From Limisphaerales bacterium (GTDB taxonomy: Bacteria > Verrucomicrobiota > Verrucomicrobiia > Limisphaerales > JAYTXL01): a stretch of DNA of 64,000 nucleotides. The notes under the pieces are model-generated. The model saw only the letters and a program-made list of their open reading frames with translations, was not told where the DNA came from and made no database searches. This document shows, one piece after another, positions 28,608-38,984 of the stretch (positions are counted from its first letter, which is position 1; each line of letters starts with the position of its first letter). The position numbers were made by a program, and so were the translations under genes. Location of the stretch: the NCBI GenBank assembly GCA_046593035.1, contig JBKJSC010000097.1, positions 44,013-108,012 of the forward strand, written 5' to 3'.

Positions 28608-29981
28608 ATGAATTTACTCAACGCCATCACGATCGGTTTGAAGGAAATTTGGGCGAACAAATTTCGCTCCGCGCTCACCATGCTCGGCATCATCCTCGGC
28701 GTCGGCAGCCTCGTCGCGCAGTCCGCGTTGGTCAAAGGGATGGAGAACGGGATGAAGGAGGCGCTCATCGCCATCGGCGGGCTGGAGAAAGTGCGCGTCG
28801 AAGACCAGGACATTCCCGTGTGGCAGCAACACCTGGCCGATCAGGCCGTGGGCAACACGATGAACGACGTGTACGCGCTCCAGCGCAGTGCGCCGCTCGT
28901 CAAGCTCGTCCAGCCGGAGATGCGTAACCGCATGACCACCATCACGCGCGAGGGCAAGGCGTTCAATCCGTGGAATTTCGTCGGCACCTGGCCCAGCGCC
29001 ATCGAGATGAACCAGCACGTCATCGCGCATGGCCGGATGTTCAACGAGATCGACGACGAGCTGGCGCGCAACGTCTGCGTCATCGGCACCGCGACGCGTG
29101 ACGCGCTCTTCGGTTCGCCGGAGCAGATTGGCCGCGACATCAATCCCGTCGGCGAATTTGTGAACATCAACAATCAGCGCTTCCGCATCATCGGCATGTT
29201 CGAGCATTACGAAAGCGAGCAGGACCACAAGGCGCGGGAACTGGCGAAGGCCAAGCCCCCGGAGCCGGCACAGAGCGGCCCGGCGCGCAGCAAGGGTTGG
29301 GGCGGCGGTAAAAGCAAGAGCACCAGCGGGTGGGCCTTCGACATGAAGAACAACACGATTTACATCCCGCTCAACACCATGTGGCTCAAGTTCCGCGCCA
29401 GCGCCGGGACAAACAACATTCCCGACCCTCGACTCTCTAGTCTGTCGATCAAAGTCGCCGACATCGAGCAGATGGACAACGCACTCCAGCAGGCCAAAAA
29501 CGTGATGATGCACACCCACAAGGGCATTGAGGATTTTTCGTTCCGCACCCAGGAGAACTGGTCGGAAAGCATCACCAGCGCGATCCGCAATGCGCGTTTG
29601 AGCGGCGGCATCATCGCCGCCATCAGCCTGCTCGTCGGCGGCATCGGCATCATGAACATCATGCTCGCCAGCATCACCGAGCGCGTCCGCGAGATCGGCA
29701 TCCGCAAGGCCATCGGCGCGACCTTTTTGGATGTGTTCGTCCAAATTCTCGTCGAGAGCGTCGTCATCGCCGTCATCGGCGGCGTGGCCGGTTTGATGGC
29801 GTCGAACGCGCTGGTGCAAATCCTCACGCTGGTGTCCCCCACCGACAACACGCCGGTCATCACGATGGATGCGATGCTGCTGGCCTTCGGCTTCAGCGTC
29901 TGCATCGGCGTCCTCGCCGGCATCTTCCCGGCTTTCAAGGCGGCCAAGCTGAACCCGATTCAAGCATTGCGCTACGAATAA
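28608..29981 (+). CDS. ABC transporter permease (MacB-type: MacB_PCD periplasmic domain + FtsX 4-TM)
   Basis: The track ORF starts at TTG 28596; the ATG at 28608 gives MNLLNAITIGLKEIWANKFRSALTMLGIILGV. The C-terminus is FtsX-like (GIMNIMLASITERVREIGIRKAIGA...AAKLNPIQALRYE). Confidence 0.9.
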   Translation: MNLLNAITIGLKEIWANKFRSALTMLGIILGVGSLVAQSALVKGMENGMKEALIAIGGLEKVRVEDQDIPVWQQHLADQAVGNTMNDVYALQRSAPLVKLVQPEMRNRMTTITREGKAFNPWNFVGTWPSAIEMNQHVIAHGRMFNEIDDELARNVCVIGTATRDALFGSPEQIGRDINPVGEFVNINNQRFRIIGMFEHYESEQDHKARELAKAKPPEPAQSGPARSKGWGGGKSKSTSGWAFDMKNNTIYIPLNTMWLKFRASAGTNNIPDPRLSSLSIKVADIEQMDNALQQAKNVMMHTHKGIEDFSFRTQENWSESITSAIRNARLSGGIIAAISLLVGGIGIMNIMLASITERVREIGIRKAIGATFLDVFVQILVESVVIAVIGGVAGLMASNALVQILTLVSPTDNTPVITMDAMLLAFGFSVCIGVLAGIFPAFKAAKLNPIQALRYE

Positions 29982-30000
29982 CCGAACGACGACGGAACGT

Positions 30001-30609
30001 TCAGAGCGGCGTGGTGATTACCTTGAACATCTCGTAGGCCGAATAAACCCCCAGCCCCAGTGAGAGAAACCACAGCGTCTTTTTCTTCACCACGAGACAG
30101 ATACCGCCCAGGGCAATGGCCACTTGGAAGAAGGTGATCGCCAGTCCCATGCCCTTGGAGTGGTCGGCCGCAAAGCCGGCTTTATCGCGCGCCTTGTCTC
30201 GCGCCGCCTCAAAATCTCCGGCCTTTTTAGAGATGTCGGCCATCTCCTTTTCGTATTTGTCGATCTTCTGGCTGACCCTGTTCAGCGCCTCCGGATCCGC
30301 CGTGGCGCTGCGCGTGATGTGGTCGCGGTCGATCTCGTAGAGGTTTTTCTTGATCGATTTGGCTTGGAAGAATGCCCATTGATCGGACGCCTGCGCCTGG
30401 TTGAACGTCGCCTCGTTCATCTTTTTCAGCGTGAGCGTGGTGAAACCGCCGCCCTTGAGGGTGGCGATACCGGTGAGCACGGCCAGGCAAACCAGCGTGA
30501 GCGAAACGTATTTGGTCCACGCCTCGCGCTTTTCTTTTTCCTTGGCCGCCGCGCGGTCGGCCTTGATCTGCTCGATGAAATCCTTCAGCTCGTTCAGTTC
30601 GATTTGCAT
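30001..30609 (-). CDS. DUF4337-like membrane protein
   Basis: Pattern ...WTKYVSLTLVCLAVLTGIATL...ASDQWAFFQAKSIKKNLYE... plus two C-terminal TM helices, as I recall for DUF4337. Confidence 0.65.
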   Translation of the reverse strand: MQIELNELKDFIEQIKADRAAAKEKEKREAWTKYVSLTLVCLAVLTGIATLKGGGFTTLTLKKMNEATFNQAQASDQWAFFQAKSIKKNLYEIDRDHITRSATADPEALNRVSQKIDKYEKEMADISKKAGDFEAARDKARDKAGFAADHSKGMGLAITFFQVAIALGGICLVVKKKTLWFLSLGLGVYSAYEMFKVITTPL

Positions 30610-30754
30610 AATTCAAATTGCGTTTTCAACTCGAACGCGGTTTGTACCCAGCCTTGGTTCGCTCTGCAAGTGGGTTCATGCAAGGCGCTCGTGTGAATCG
30701 ATAATTCCTTGATGAATGGCGGCGGTATCCCTGGAAGTCAGGGCCGAGCTTGGG

Positions 30755-30778
30755 TAGGGACGCGCTGTTGCGCGTCCT
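30755..30778. repeat. GC-rich hairpin repeat (AGGGACGCGC-TGTT-GCGCGTCCTT)
   Basis: 10-bp stem (one G-T pair) in the divergent intergenic region between DUF4337 and the aldehyde dehydrogenase gene. Confidence 0.5.
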
Positions 30779-31024
30779 TGATTTCAACCGGCACAATTAT
30801 CCGCCTCCCGCCCGGTCGCGGATATGCACCCACGTGTGTACGCGCGGCTCGCCGCGGAAATACCGGGCGTTCCAAATGATTTTTCGTTCCGCGCCGACCT
30901 CACCGCCCGCATTGCCCGGCTATTGCTAGCGCACCCGGAAGAATCGAATCCCCACACCCGGCGCGACAAAATCGTTTCCTTCCGGCGGCTTCTTGGTCAT
31001 CCTCTCGAAAACTTTATTGAACTC

Positions 31025-32482
31025 ATGCGAACCTATCAAAATTTCATCGGCGGCGAGTGGACCCCGGCCCAGTCTGGCCAGACCGTTCAAACCTTGAACC
31101 CGGCGGACACGCGCGAAATCGTCGCGCAGTATCCGTTGAGCGCGCGCGCAGACGCGCAAGCCGCCATCGCTGCGGCGAAGCAGACCTTCCCGGCGTGGGC
31201 AGCGATGACACCGCCCGCGCGCGGACGCATCTTGAGCAAGGCGTCGCAACTGCTCGAAGCGCGCAAGGCCGAGCTGGCCGAAGTGCTCACGCGCGAGGAA
31301 GGCAAGACGCTCGCCGAGGCCACCGGTGAAGTGCAGCGCACGGCGGACATCTTCCGGTTCTTCGGCGCGCTCGGCTACCAACTCGGCGGACAAACCATCC
31401 CGCACGATTTGCCGGGCAACTTTCTCTACACGCGGCGCGAACCGCTCGGTGTCGTGGCGCTCATCACGCCGTGGAATTTTCCAATCGCCATCCCCGCATG
31501 GAAAATGGCACCGGCGCTCATCAGCGGCAACGCGGTCGTCATCAAACCGGCTTCGCAGGCGCCGGCCATGACGTGCGAACTCGCCAAAGTTCTCGCCGAA
31601 GCCGGGCTGCCGAAAGGCGTGCTCAACGTCGTCGTGGGCGAAGGCCGCGCAGTCGGCGGTGAACTCGCGACGAATCCCGGCATCGCCGCGCTCTCGTTCA
31701 CCGGCTCGCACGGAGTCGGCTCGCAGATTTATTTGCAACTTGCCCAGCGCATGACCCGCGCGCAGATGGAAATGGGCGGCAAGAATCCGACGATTGTTTT
31801 GGCGGACGCTGATTTGGATCTGGCGGCACGCCTCGTAGCCATCGCCGGCTTTGGTCTAACCGGCCAGGCGTGCACCGCCACCAGCCGGGTCATCGTGGAG
31901 AAGAGTGTGGCGGAGGCCTTCACCGCGAAACTCATCGAGAAGGCCAAAGCCATTGTCGTCGGCAACGGCTTGAAGCCGGGCGTGACCATGGGGCCGGCGG
32001 TGAACCAGGCGGAACTGGAAGGCAACTTGAATTATCTCGCCATCGCACAACAGGAAGGCGCGAAGCTGCTTTACGGCGGACAGCGCCTCACCGACGGCGA
32101 CCTCGCGCACGGTTTTTTCATGCAGCCGGCGATTCTCGGCGACGTGACGCCCAACATGCGCATCGCGAAGGAAGAAGTCTTCGGTCCCGTCGTTGCCATC
32201 CTCGCGGTGGAAAACTTCGACGAAGCGCTCGCCGTGGCGAACGGCGTGGATGTGGGCCTGAGCGCCAGTCTTGTGACGCGCGATCTCAAGAAGGCGATGC
32301 TTTACACCGAACGCATCGAAGCCGGCGTGGTGAAGGTGAACCAGATTTCCACCGGCCTCGCGTTGCAGGCACCGTTCGGCGGCATGAAGAAATCGAGCAC
32401 CGATTCGTTCAAGGAACAGGGCGCGGGCGCGATTGATTTCTACACGCGGATCAAAACGGTTTATTTGGATTACTCGGCTTGA
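31025..32482 (+). CDS. NAD(P)-dependent aldehyde dehydrogenase family protein
   Basis: Track ORF 30824-32482; the ATG at 31025 gives MRTYQNFIGGEWT. Family blocks are ITPWNFP, FTGS..VG, EMGGKNP and the catalytic GQACTA. Confidence 0.9.
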   Translation: MRTYQNFIGGEWTPAQSGQTVQTLNPADTREIVAQYPLSARADAQAAIAAAKQTFPAWAAMTPPARGRILSKASQLLEARKAELAEVLTREEGKTLAEATGEVQRTADIFRFFGALGYQLGGQTIPHDLPGNFLYTRREPLGVVALITPWNFPIAIPAWKMAPALISGNAVVIKPASQAPAMTCELAKVLAEAGLPKGVLNVVVGEGRAVGGELATNPGIAALSFTGSHGVGSQIYLQLAQRMTRAQMEMGGKNPTIVLADADLDLAARLVAIAGFGLTGQACTATSRVIVEKSVAEAFTAKLIEKAKAIVVGNGLKPGVTMGPAVNQAELEGNLNYLAIAQQEGAKLLYGGQRLTDGDLAHGFFMQPAILGDVTPNMRIAKEEVFGPVVAILAVENFDEALAVANGVDVGLSASLVTRDLKKAMLYTERIEAGVVKVNQISTGLALQAPFGGMKKSSTDSFKEQGAGAIDFYTRIKTVYLDYSA

Positions 32483-32485
32483 CGC

Positions 32486-33247
32486 TCACAATCCCGTCGG
32501 ATGATCCAGAAATGTCCACGGCACGTTGAACTTCTTCGAGAGTTGCGCGGCGAGCGCCTTCACGCCGAAGGTTTCGGTGGCGTAATGTCCGGCGTAAAAC
32601 ACGTTCACTCCCAAATCCTCCGCCAGCGCGTACGTCCAGTGCGGGCCTTCGCCAGTGATGAACGTGTCCACGCCTTCCGCCGCCGCCTGCTTCAACTCCG
32701 CGCCCGCGCCGCCCGTCACCACCCCAATGCGCCGGCAGACGGACGTTCCACCGGGCAACAGAATCGACGCGTGGCCCACCGCCTTCGTCAGGCGCGCGCT
32801 TAATTCATTTCGCGAAATTTTGGTTTGCGACTGCCAGCCGATGGGCCGGCCTTTCGCGAAGAAGAATGGCTGGAGTTTTTTGAGTCCAAGCGCGGCACAG
32901 AGCCGGGCGTTGTTGCCGAGTTGGGGATGCGCGTCGAGCGGCAGGTGCGAACTGTAAACCGCCAGATTATTTTCCAGCAACAACCGCAGCAGTTCAAAAC
33001 GTTTGCCGGTCCACGGATGCGACGGACTCCAGAACAAGCCGTGATGCACGATCAGCAAATCCGCCCTGGCGGCCACGGCGAGTTTGGCCGTTGCCAGGCT
33101 TGCGTCCACCGCAGCGGCGATGCGCGTGACCTGACCGCGGTTTTCCACTTGCAGACCGTTCACCGCGCCATCCCAGTCGGTGAATTGATCCGTTTGCAAC
33201 CAGCGGTCGCACTGGCGAACCAGCGCGGAAAGAGAAACGTTTGCCAT
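32486..33247 (-). CDS. Nif3-like dinuclear metal centre protein (YbgI/GTP cyclohydrolase 1 type 2 homologue)
   Basis: ...NGLQVEN...DLLIVHHGLFW...HLPLDAHP..GNN...TGG.... Confidence 0.85.
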   Translation of the reverse strand: MANVSLSALVRQCDRWLQTDQFTDWDGAVNGLQVENRGQVTRIAAAVDASLATAKLAVAARADLLIVHHGLFWSPSHPWTGKRFELLRLLLENNLAVYSSHLPLDAHPQLGNNARLCAALGLKKLQPFFFAKGRPIGWQSQTKISRNELSARLTKAVGHASILLPGGTSVCRRIGVVTGGAGAELKQAAAEGVDTFITGEGPHWTYALAEDLGVNVFYAGHYATETFGVKALAAQLSKKFNVPWTFLDHPTGL

Positions 33248-33389
33248 GAGGTGATGAGAACAAATTGCGCGCGCAAAGCAAGGAGCGAACCGGCGCGCAA
33301 GCCGCCGCCGGAGCGGGCATTCTTTTTTTCACCTGCCTATTGAATTCCGCGACGGCCTCCTTATAGTCCGCTCCAATTGAGATATTGAA

Positions 33390-35327
33390 ATGAGCGAACC
33401 GATCAGCGACAACGCGCCTTGGAGCATTCCAGCCGCCCGCAGCCTGTATAACATCGACCGTTGGGGCGCGAAATATTTTGACATCAACGACGCTGGCCAC
33501 GTGGTGGCGACGCCCCTTCAGGAGGCGGGCGCGACGGTGGACATTACCGACATCATCGAAGAGGCCAAGGGGCGCGGCTTGAAATTCCCGCTGCTGATCC
33601 GCTTCCAGGATATTTTGCGGCACCGCGTCGAGTCGATCAATCACGCCTTCCGCAATTCGATCACAGAATTCAATTACCAGGGAAAATATCGCGGCGTGTT
33701 TCCAATCAAGGTGAACCAACTGCGCGAGGTCGTGGAGGAAATTCTCGACGCGGGCAAGCCGTTTCAATTCGGTCTGGAAGTTGGCAGCAAGCCGGAGTTG
33801 TTCGCGGGGCTGGCGATGCAAAGCCAGGCGGGCAGCCTCATTATTTGCAACGGCTACAAGGACGTTGGCTTCATCAAGATGGCGCTCATGGGCAACAAGC
33901 TGGGCAAAAAAGTCATCATGGTTGTGGAGAAACTGGAGGAACTGAAACAGATCATCACGGTGTCACGGCAGGTCGGCGTGGAACCGTTGATCGGCATTCG
34001 CGCACGGCTGTTGAGCAAAGGCGCGGGCAAGTGGGCGGAGAGCGGCGGGGAAAATGCGAAGTTCGGCCTGAGCACGGCGGAGTTGCTTGCCGCAACGGAA
34101 CTGTTGCGCGCGGAAAAAATGGAGCATTGCTTTTGCCTGCTGCATTTCCACATCGGCTCGCAAGTGCCGGACATTCTCACGGTAAAAAAAGCGGTGCAGG
34201 AGGCGACGCGCTTTTACGCCAAGCTGCACAAGATGGGTTTTCCCATCGACTACATTGACGTCGGCGGCGGTTTGGGCGTGGACTACGACGGCAGCCGGTC
34301 GGCGTTTGACAGTTCCACCAATTACTCGCTGCAGGAATACACGAACGACATCGTGTATTACATCGCCGATGTCTGCAATGCGGAGAAAGTGCCGCATCCC
34401 GACATCGTCAGCGAGAGCGGGCGCGCGATTGTCGCGCATCACAGCGTGCTGATCGTCGAGGTCTTCGGCTCGATTGGCAAAGCGCGCGAGTGGGAGCACT
34501 TGAAGTTTGGCGACCATGAGCATCCGCTGGTGAAGGAGCTGCTCGACATCAAGAACCACCTCGCCAAATTGAACAAACTGGAGGCGTATCACGACGCGCT
34601 GGAGCGCAAGGAGGACGCCCACAATATGTTCACGCTCGGCCTCATGGAATTGCCCGACAAGGCGAAGATCGAAAACCTCTACTGGGAAATCGGCCAGGCC
34701 GTGGTGCTGAGTTTTCGCGGGCAAGCTTACATCCCCGATGAAATCCGCAAACTGGAAGACAGCCTCGGCGACCAGTACCTCTGCAACTTCTCCGTCTTTC
34801 AATCGCTGCTCGACCATTGGGCGCTCGGCCAGCTTTTTCCCATCATGCCCGTCAGCCGCCTCAACGAACGGCCCACCCGCGAAGCCACGCTGGTGGACAT
34901 CACCTGCGATTCCGACGGCCAGATCAACAAGTTCATCGACCTGCGCGACGTGCGGGACACCTTGCCGCTGCATGCGCTCAAGGAGAATGGCAACGGGAAG
35001 GAGCAGTATTTTCTCGGATTCTTTTTGATGGGTGCGTACCAGGACATCATGGGCGACCTGCACAATCTCTTTGGCCGCGTCAACGAGGTGCATGTCTTCC
35101 TCGAACCCGACGAACCCACCGGCTATTACATCGAGGAAATCATCGAGGGCAACACCATCGTCCAGTCGCTCGCCGCCGTACAGTACGACGAGAACGAGTT
35201 GAAGCGGCAGATGAAGGCGCAAATCGACGAGGCCATCAAAGCGGACAAAATGAAACCCTCCGAAGGCATGCGCCTGCTCGATGATTACGAACGCGGCCTG
35301 AAGGAATATACTTATCTCTCCTTCTGA
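33390..35327 (+). CDS. speA: biosynthetic arginine decarboxylase
   Basis: 645 aa. YNIDRWGAKYFDIN..., FPIKVNQ (PLP lysine region), HFHIGSQ, and full-length colinearity with SpeA as I know it. Confidence 0.95.
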   Translation: MSEPISDNAPWSIPAARSLYNIDRWGAKYFDINDAGHVVATPLQEAGATVDITDIIEEAKGRGLKFPLLIRFQDILRHRVESINHAFRNSITEFNYQGKYRGVFPIKVNQLREVVEEILDAGKPFQFGLEVGSKPELFAGLAMQSQAGSLIICNGYKDVGFIKMALMGNKLGKKVIMVVEKLEELKQIITVSRQVGVEPLIGIRARLLSKGAGKWAESGGENAKFGLSTAELLAATELLRAEKMEHCFCLLHFHIGSQVPDILTVKKAVQEATRFYAKLHKMGFPIDYIDVGGGLGVDYDGSRSAFDSSTNYSLQEYTNDIVYYIADVCNAEKVPHPDIVSESGRAIVAHHSVLIVEVFGSIGKAREWEHLKFGDHEHPLVKELLDIKNHLAKLNKLEAYHDALERKEDAHNMFTLGLMELPDKAKIENLYWEIGQAVVLSFRGQAYIPDEIRKLEDSLGDQYLCNFSVFQSLLDHWALGQLFPIMPVSRLNERPTREATLVDITCDSDGQINKFIDLRDVRDTLPLHALKENGNGKEQYFLGFFLMGAYQDIMGDLHNLFGRVNEVHVFLEPDEPTGYYIEEIIEGNTIVQSLAAVQYDENELKRQMKAQIDEAIKADKMKPSEGMRLLDDYERGLKEYTYLSF

Positions 35328-35422
35328 ACTGGTGGAATGAAGAATGCAGAATCAACCTCAGCGCGCCCCGTACACTCGAATCTTCTTTCTCCTGTCTTCT
35401 ATCTTCCATCTGCCTTCTCCGC

Positions 35423-36106
35423 ATGGCTGACCCTGTACCCAACGCCGAATTGATGCGTTCGCTGGGGCGGCTCGTGCGCGGCCTCTCCGCGGTTTTTTGG
35501 GGCATGCCGATCACGCTGCTGGTTTCCGTGCAGGGTGCCGTGACCGACTGGCTGCGGCCAATGGGCATGTTTCCCCCCGTCCTCGGCAGCGCGTTGCTTT
35601 TTTTTGGACTGGTGCAAATGGGACATTTCCAAAAACAAGAGCGCATCTGGCAGACGGCGCTGGATCGCGCCAAACTGCTCGCCCTGGTCAACCTCGGCCT
35701 CTCCCCGTTCATCTATCTGTGGAACACGCTGCCGACGGAAACCTTCTTCGCCCAATCGGTGGCGGTATTGATGCTATCAAGTTTGCTCTTCCTGTTCAGC
35801 CTGAATCAGGTGTTGCAACGTCTGACCGCCATGCTGCCCGATGAAATGCTCCGCACCGAAACCAAACTTTTCGCCTCGCTCAATCGCTACCTATTGCTCA
35901 CGCTCGTGACGTTGCTGGCGGTTTATTTTCTCCTCATCCACATCGATTCCCCGCCGCTGCTCGTGGAAGTGCTCTTGAATCTGCTTGAGTTGGGCCGACG
36001 TTGGATGCTGCTTTTCATGGTGCTGTTGCCGCTGGCCATGACCATGACGCTCGTCTGGAAAATCAAGGAAGTCGTGCTGTCGAGTGTGTTCGGGCAGGGG
36101 CTCTGA
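35423..36106 (+). CDS. hypothetical polytopic membrane protein
   Basis: 227 aa with about 6 hydrophobic segments. No family recognised. Confidence 0.55.
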   Translation: MADPVPNAELMRSLGRLVRGLSAVFWGMPITLLVSVQGAVTDWLRPMGMFPPVLGSALLFFGLVQMGHFQKQERIWQTALDRAKLLALVNLGLSPFIYLWNTLPTETFFAQSVAVLMLSSLLFLFSLNQVLQRLTAMLPDEMLRTETKLFASLNRYLLLTLVTLLAVYFLLIHIDSPPLLVEVLLNLLELGRRWMLLFMVLLPLAMTMTLVWKIKEVVLSSVFGQGL

Positions 36107-36112
36107 AAGAAG

Positions 36113-37204
36113 TCACTTCACCAGCCGGTACCAGTTGTCGCGCTGGCGCGGTTCGTAGCCGAGGTCGCGGATCAAACGCTGCATGTCAGCCACGCCCATC
36201 CGGAAGGTCGTGCCCGCCTGCGAAACCACGTTCTCCTCAATCATGATGCTGCCCAGATCGTTCGCGCCGTACTTGAGCGCGATCTGGCCGATCTCCGGCC
36301 CCTGCGTCACCCACGAGCTTTGAATGTTCGGAATGTTGTCGAGGTAAATGCGCGCGAGCGCCTGCATCCGCAAATATTCGTGCGCGCCCACCGTCGGAGC
36401 CTTGAGCTTGGTGTGCTCGGCTTGAAACGTCCACGCGATGAATGCGGTAAAGCCCTTGCTCTTGTCCTGCTGCGCCCGCACCCGCTCCAGATGTTCGATG
36501 CGCTCCTCCACCGTCTCGACGTGGCCGAACATCATCGTGGCCGTGCTCGCCAGGCTCAGTTGATGCGCCACGTCCATCACGCTCAACCAGTCGTCGCTCA
36601 TGGCCTTGAGCGGCGCGATGCGCTGGCGGACGCGATCCACAAGGATTTCACCGCCGCCGCCGGGGATGGAGCCCAGGCCGGCCTTCACGAACTGCGAAAT
36701 AATTTCCTCCAGCGGCAACCCGAACACTTCGCGAAAATGAATGAGCTCGCTGGGACTGAATCCGTGGATGTTGATTTGCGGAAATTTGCTTTTGATGTGG
36801 GCGAGCAGGTCGAGATACCACTGCAGCGAAAGTTTCGGGTGATGCCCGCCTTGCATCAAAATTTGCGTGCCGCCGAGCGCGATGGTTTCCTCGATTTTCC
36901 GATCCATCTCGTCGTGAGTGATGACATAGGCGTCGTCATCTTTCTCGACCCGATAGAACGCGCAGAACTTGCAATAGACGTTGCAAACATTGGTGTAGTT
37001 AACGTTGCGATCAACAATGTAGGTGACGATCTCGTTGCCGCGACCGTTGTAAGCGTCGGCCTTGGCGAGCTGGCGGCGGCGGTCGGCGAGCGCGCCGAGT
37101 TCTTCGAGCGGCAGATGATAAAGGCGCAACGCTTCGGCCTGGTTGATGCGCTGGCCCTCCCAGACTTTCGAGAGCAGCTCGTCGAGTGAAACGTCGCAAT
37201 TCAC
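36113..37204 (-). CDS. radical SAM enzyme of the futalosine menaquinone pathway (MqnC/MqnE, CofH-like family)
   Basis: YTNVCNVYCKFCAFYR (CxxxCxxC), GGTQILMQGG, GGGGEIL, TMMFGHVET, FIAWTFQ. I cannot separate MqnC from MqnE by eye. Confidence 0.75.
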   Translation of the reverse strand: MNCDVSLDELLSKVWEGQRINQAEALRLYHLPLEELGALADRRRQLAKADAYNGRGNEIVTYIVDRNVNYTNVCNVYCKFCAFYRVEKDDDAYVITHDEMDRKIEETIALGGTQILMQGGHHPKLSLQWYLDLLAHIKSKFPQINIHGFSPSELIHFREVFGLPLEEIISQFVKAGLGSIPGGGGEILVDRVRQRIAPLKAMSDDWLSVMDVAHQLSLASTATMMFGHVETVEERIEHLERVRAQQDKSKGFTAFIAWTFQAEHTKLKAPTVGAHEYLRMQALARIYLDNIPNIQSSWVTQGPEIGQIALKYGANDLGSIMIEENVVSQAGTTFRMGVADMQRLIRDLGYEPRQRDNWYRLVK

Positions 37205-37287
37205 GGAGAGAATTTAGCTGAACGACGGAACGAAACAAGCACGCGATGCGGACTGGCTTGATGCGAGTTGATTCAGGCAACACCGGA

Positions 37288-37749
37288 TCACACGTCGATC
37301 ACCGGCCCGCCACCGCCGCGGTCATCACGGTCCGGCGGCGGCGGAGGAGGTGGCGGCGGGCCGCGACGGACTTCCACGCGGGCGCTGCCGGTGCCGGTCA
37401 GGGAATTGAGCACCAGCGACACGAGGCTGATGACCAACGCGCCCCAGAAGGCGGGCCAGAAGCCGGCGACATGGAAACCCTTCACGAGACTGCCGACCAT
37501 CCACAGCAGGAGCGCGTTGATGACCAGCATGAACAAGCCGAGCGTGAGAATCACCAGCGGCAGGGAAAGCAGCATGAGCAACGGTCGCAGAAACGTGGTG
37601 AGAATGCCCAGCAGCAACGAGGCCACGAAGAGCGCCGTGTTCGTATCACAAGTAATACCCGGCACGATTTGCACCGCGACCAGCACGGCGAGCGTGCTGA
37701 TCAGCCAGCGTTGCAAAAAAACTTTCAGCGCCGAGGGCTTGTTATCCAT
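37288..37749 (-). CDS. phage-holin-4_2 / DUF360 family 4-TM membrane protein with poly-proline tail
   Basis: Track ORF 37288-37833; the ATG is at 37749 (MDNKPSALKVFLQRWLISTLAVLVAV...). The tail is C-terminal RRG-P9-DRDDRGGGG. Confidence 0.7.
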   Translation of the reverse strand: MDNKPSALKVFLQRWLISTLAVLVAVQIVPGITCDTNTALFVASLLLGILTTFLRPLLMLLSLPLVILTLGLFMLVINALLLWMVGSLVKGFHVAGFWPAFWGALVISLVSLVLNSLTGTGSARVEVRRGPPPPPPPPPDRDDRGGGGPVIDV

Positions 37750-37870
37750 GGTTCGCCTTTCCGCCAGCGGGTCGGGCGAGTTGGTAAATGTTCCGCACGC
37801 TCGAACGATGGGATAACCGGGCGGCAATGACAAGCGGGAAGCGCGCGGGGAAGCGTGCCGAGATTTCTGT

Positions 37871-38842
37871 CTATCGAGGGCGGATCAACAGGTAGGCGGC
37901 GTCGGTTTCAGGCCAGATATCCACGTCCTGGCAGCAGGCAGGAACCACGCAAAAATCGCCGGGTTTCAGTGGGAACTTGTTGCCGCCGGTGTCGATTTCC
38001 AACCGTCCCTTGATCAAGGCGATCACGAATAGGCCAATGCCTTCCGACTGAGGCCCCCAGTGCGCGCGATCATGGTTAAGAAAAACAGTGAACAACGGAT
38101 TGTTACTCAACGTGAGGCCGCCAAATGGGTGTGCGTCTGGAAAATCTGTAGGTAACAGCGGCGGCTCGAAATCCGCGAAGTCAATCGAGGCCAGCGCCGG
38201 TTCGAGGTGTAACTCGCGCGGTTTCCCGTCCAGCCCAGCGCGGTTCCAATCGAAGACACGATAGGTCGTGTCGGAGTTTTGCTGGATTTCAAAAATGACA
38301 TTCCCGCCGCCGAGCGCATGGACGCGACCACTGGGCAGAAACATGGCGTCGCCGCGTTTCACCGGCTGGCGATGGACGCACTCCGCCACGGTTCCATCGC
38401 GAACCTTCCGCTCAAACTCCGCGCGCGTGACGCCGTGCTTCAAGCCGACAAAAATCTCGGCGTCCGGCGCGGCGTCGGCCACATACCACATCTCGGTCTT
38501 GGGTTCGCCGCCGAGTTCGGCGGCTTTCGCGGCGGGTGGATGGACTTGAAGCGAGAGTTTTTCCCGCGCGTCGAGGATTTTCACCAGCAGCGGAAAGCGT
38601 TCGGATTTTTTCGCGGGCCGGCCCAGCAATTCCTCTGCGTGATTTTCCATGAGCCAGCGAAGGTCTTTGCCGGCGAGCGGGCCGTTGGCGATGACACTCA
38701 CGCCTTCCGGACGGTCGGTGATTTCCCACGACTCGCCGATGGGGACGCCGGGCGGGAGGGGCTTGCCGTAAAGCTCCGACAGCTTGCGCCCGCCCCAGAC
38801 GCGCTCTTTGAAGATGGGATGAAAGGTGAAAGGGTAAAGCAT
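37871..38842 (-). CDS. manA: class I mannose-6-phosphate isomerase
   Basis: Track ORF extends to 38890. The ATG at 38842 gives MLYPFTFHPIFKERVWGG...ESWE...LSLQVHP...E.WYV. Confidence 0.8.
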   Translation of the reverse strand: MLYPFTFHPIFKERVWGGRKLSELYGKPLPPGVPIGESWEITDRPEGVSVIANGPLAGKDLRWLMENHAEELLGRPAKKSERFPLLVKILDAREKLSLQVHPPAAKAAELGGEPKTEMWYVADAAPDAEIFVGLKHGVTRAEFERKVRDGTVAECVHRQPVKRGDAMFLPSGRVHALGGGNVIFEIQQNSDTTYRVFDWNRAGLDGKPRELHLEPALASIDFADFEPPLLPTDFPDAHPFGGLTLSNNPLFTVFLNHDRAHWGPQSEGIGLFVIALIKGRLEIDTGGNKFPLKPGDFCVVPACCQDVDIWPETDAAYLLIRPR

Positions 38843-38984
38843 GAAACTGAAGAATTCAGAATGAAGAATGACTAGGGCATCGTAGGGCATCCAGAGAGAC
38901 CAAGAAAGAAACCGATGATCCCAGCGATAATTACGTACCGAAACAGTTTGTCACTGCTTCCAGGTTTTGCGGCCTTACTCATCA

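Noticed and set aside
37288-37749. Holin-family gene as a sign of a prophage
   Set aside because: There are no lysin, terminase, capsid or integrase genes nearby. The flanking genes are housekeeping (mqn radical SAM, manA). DUF360/holin_4_2 proteins are common chromosomal membrane proteins.
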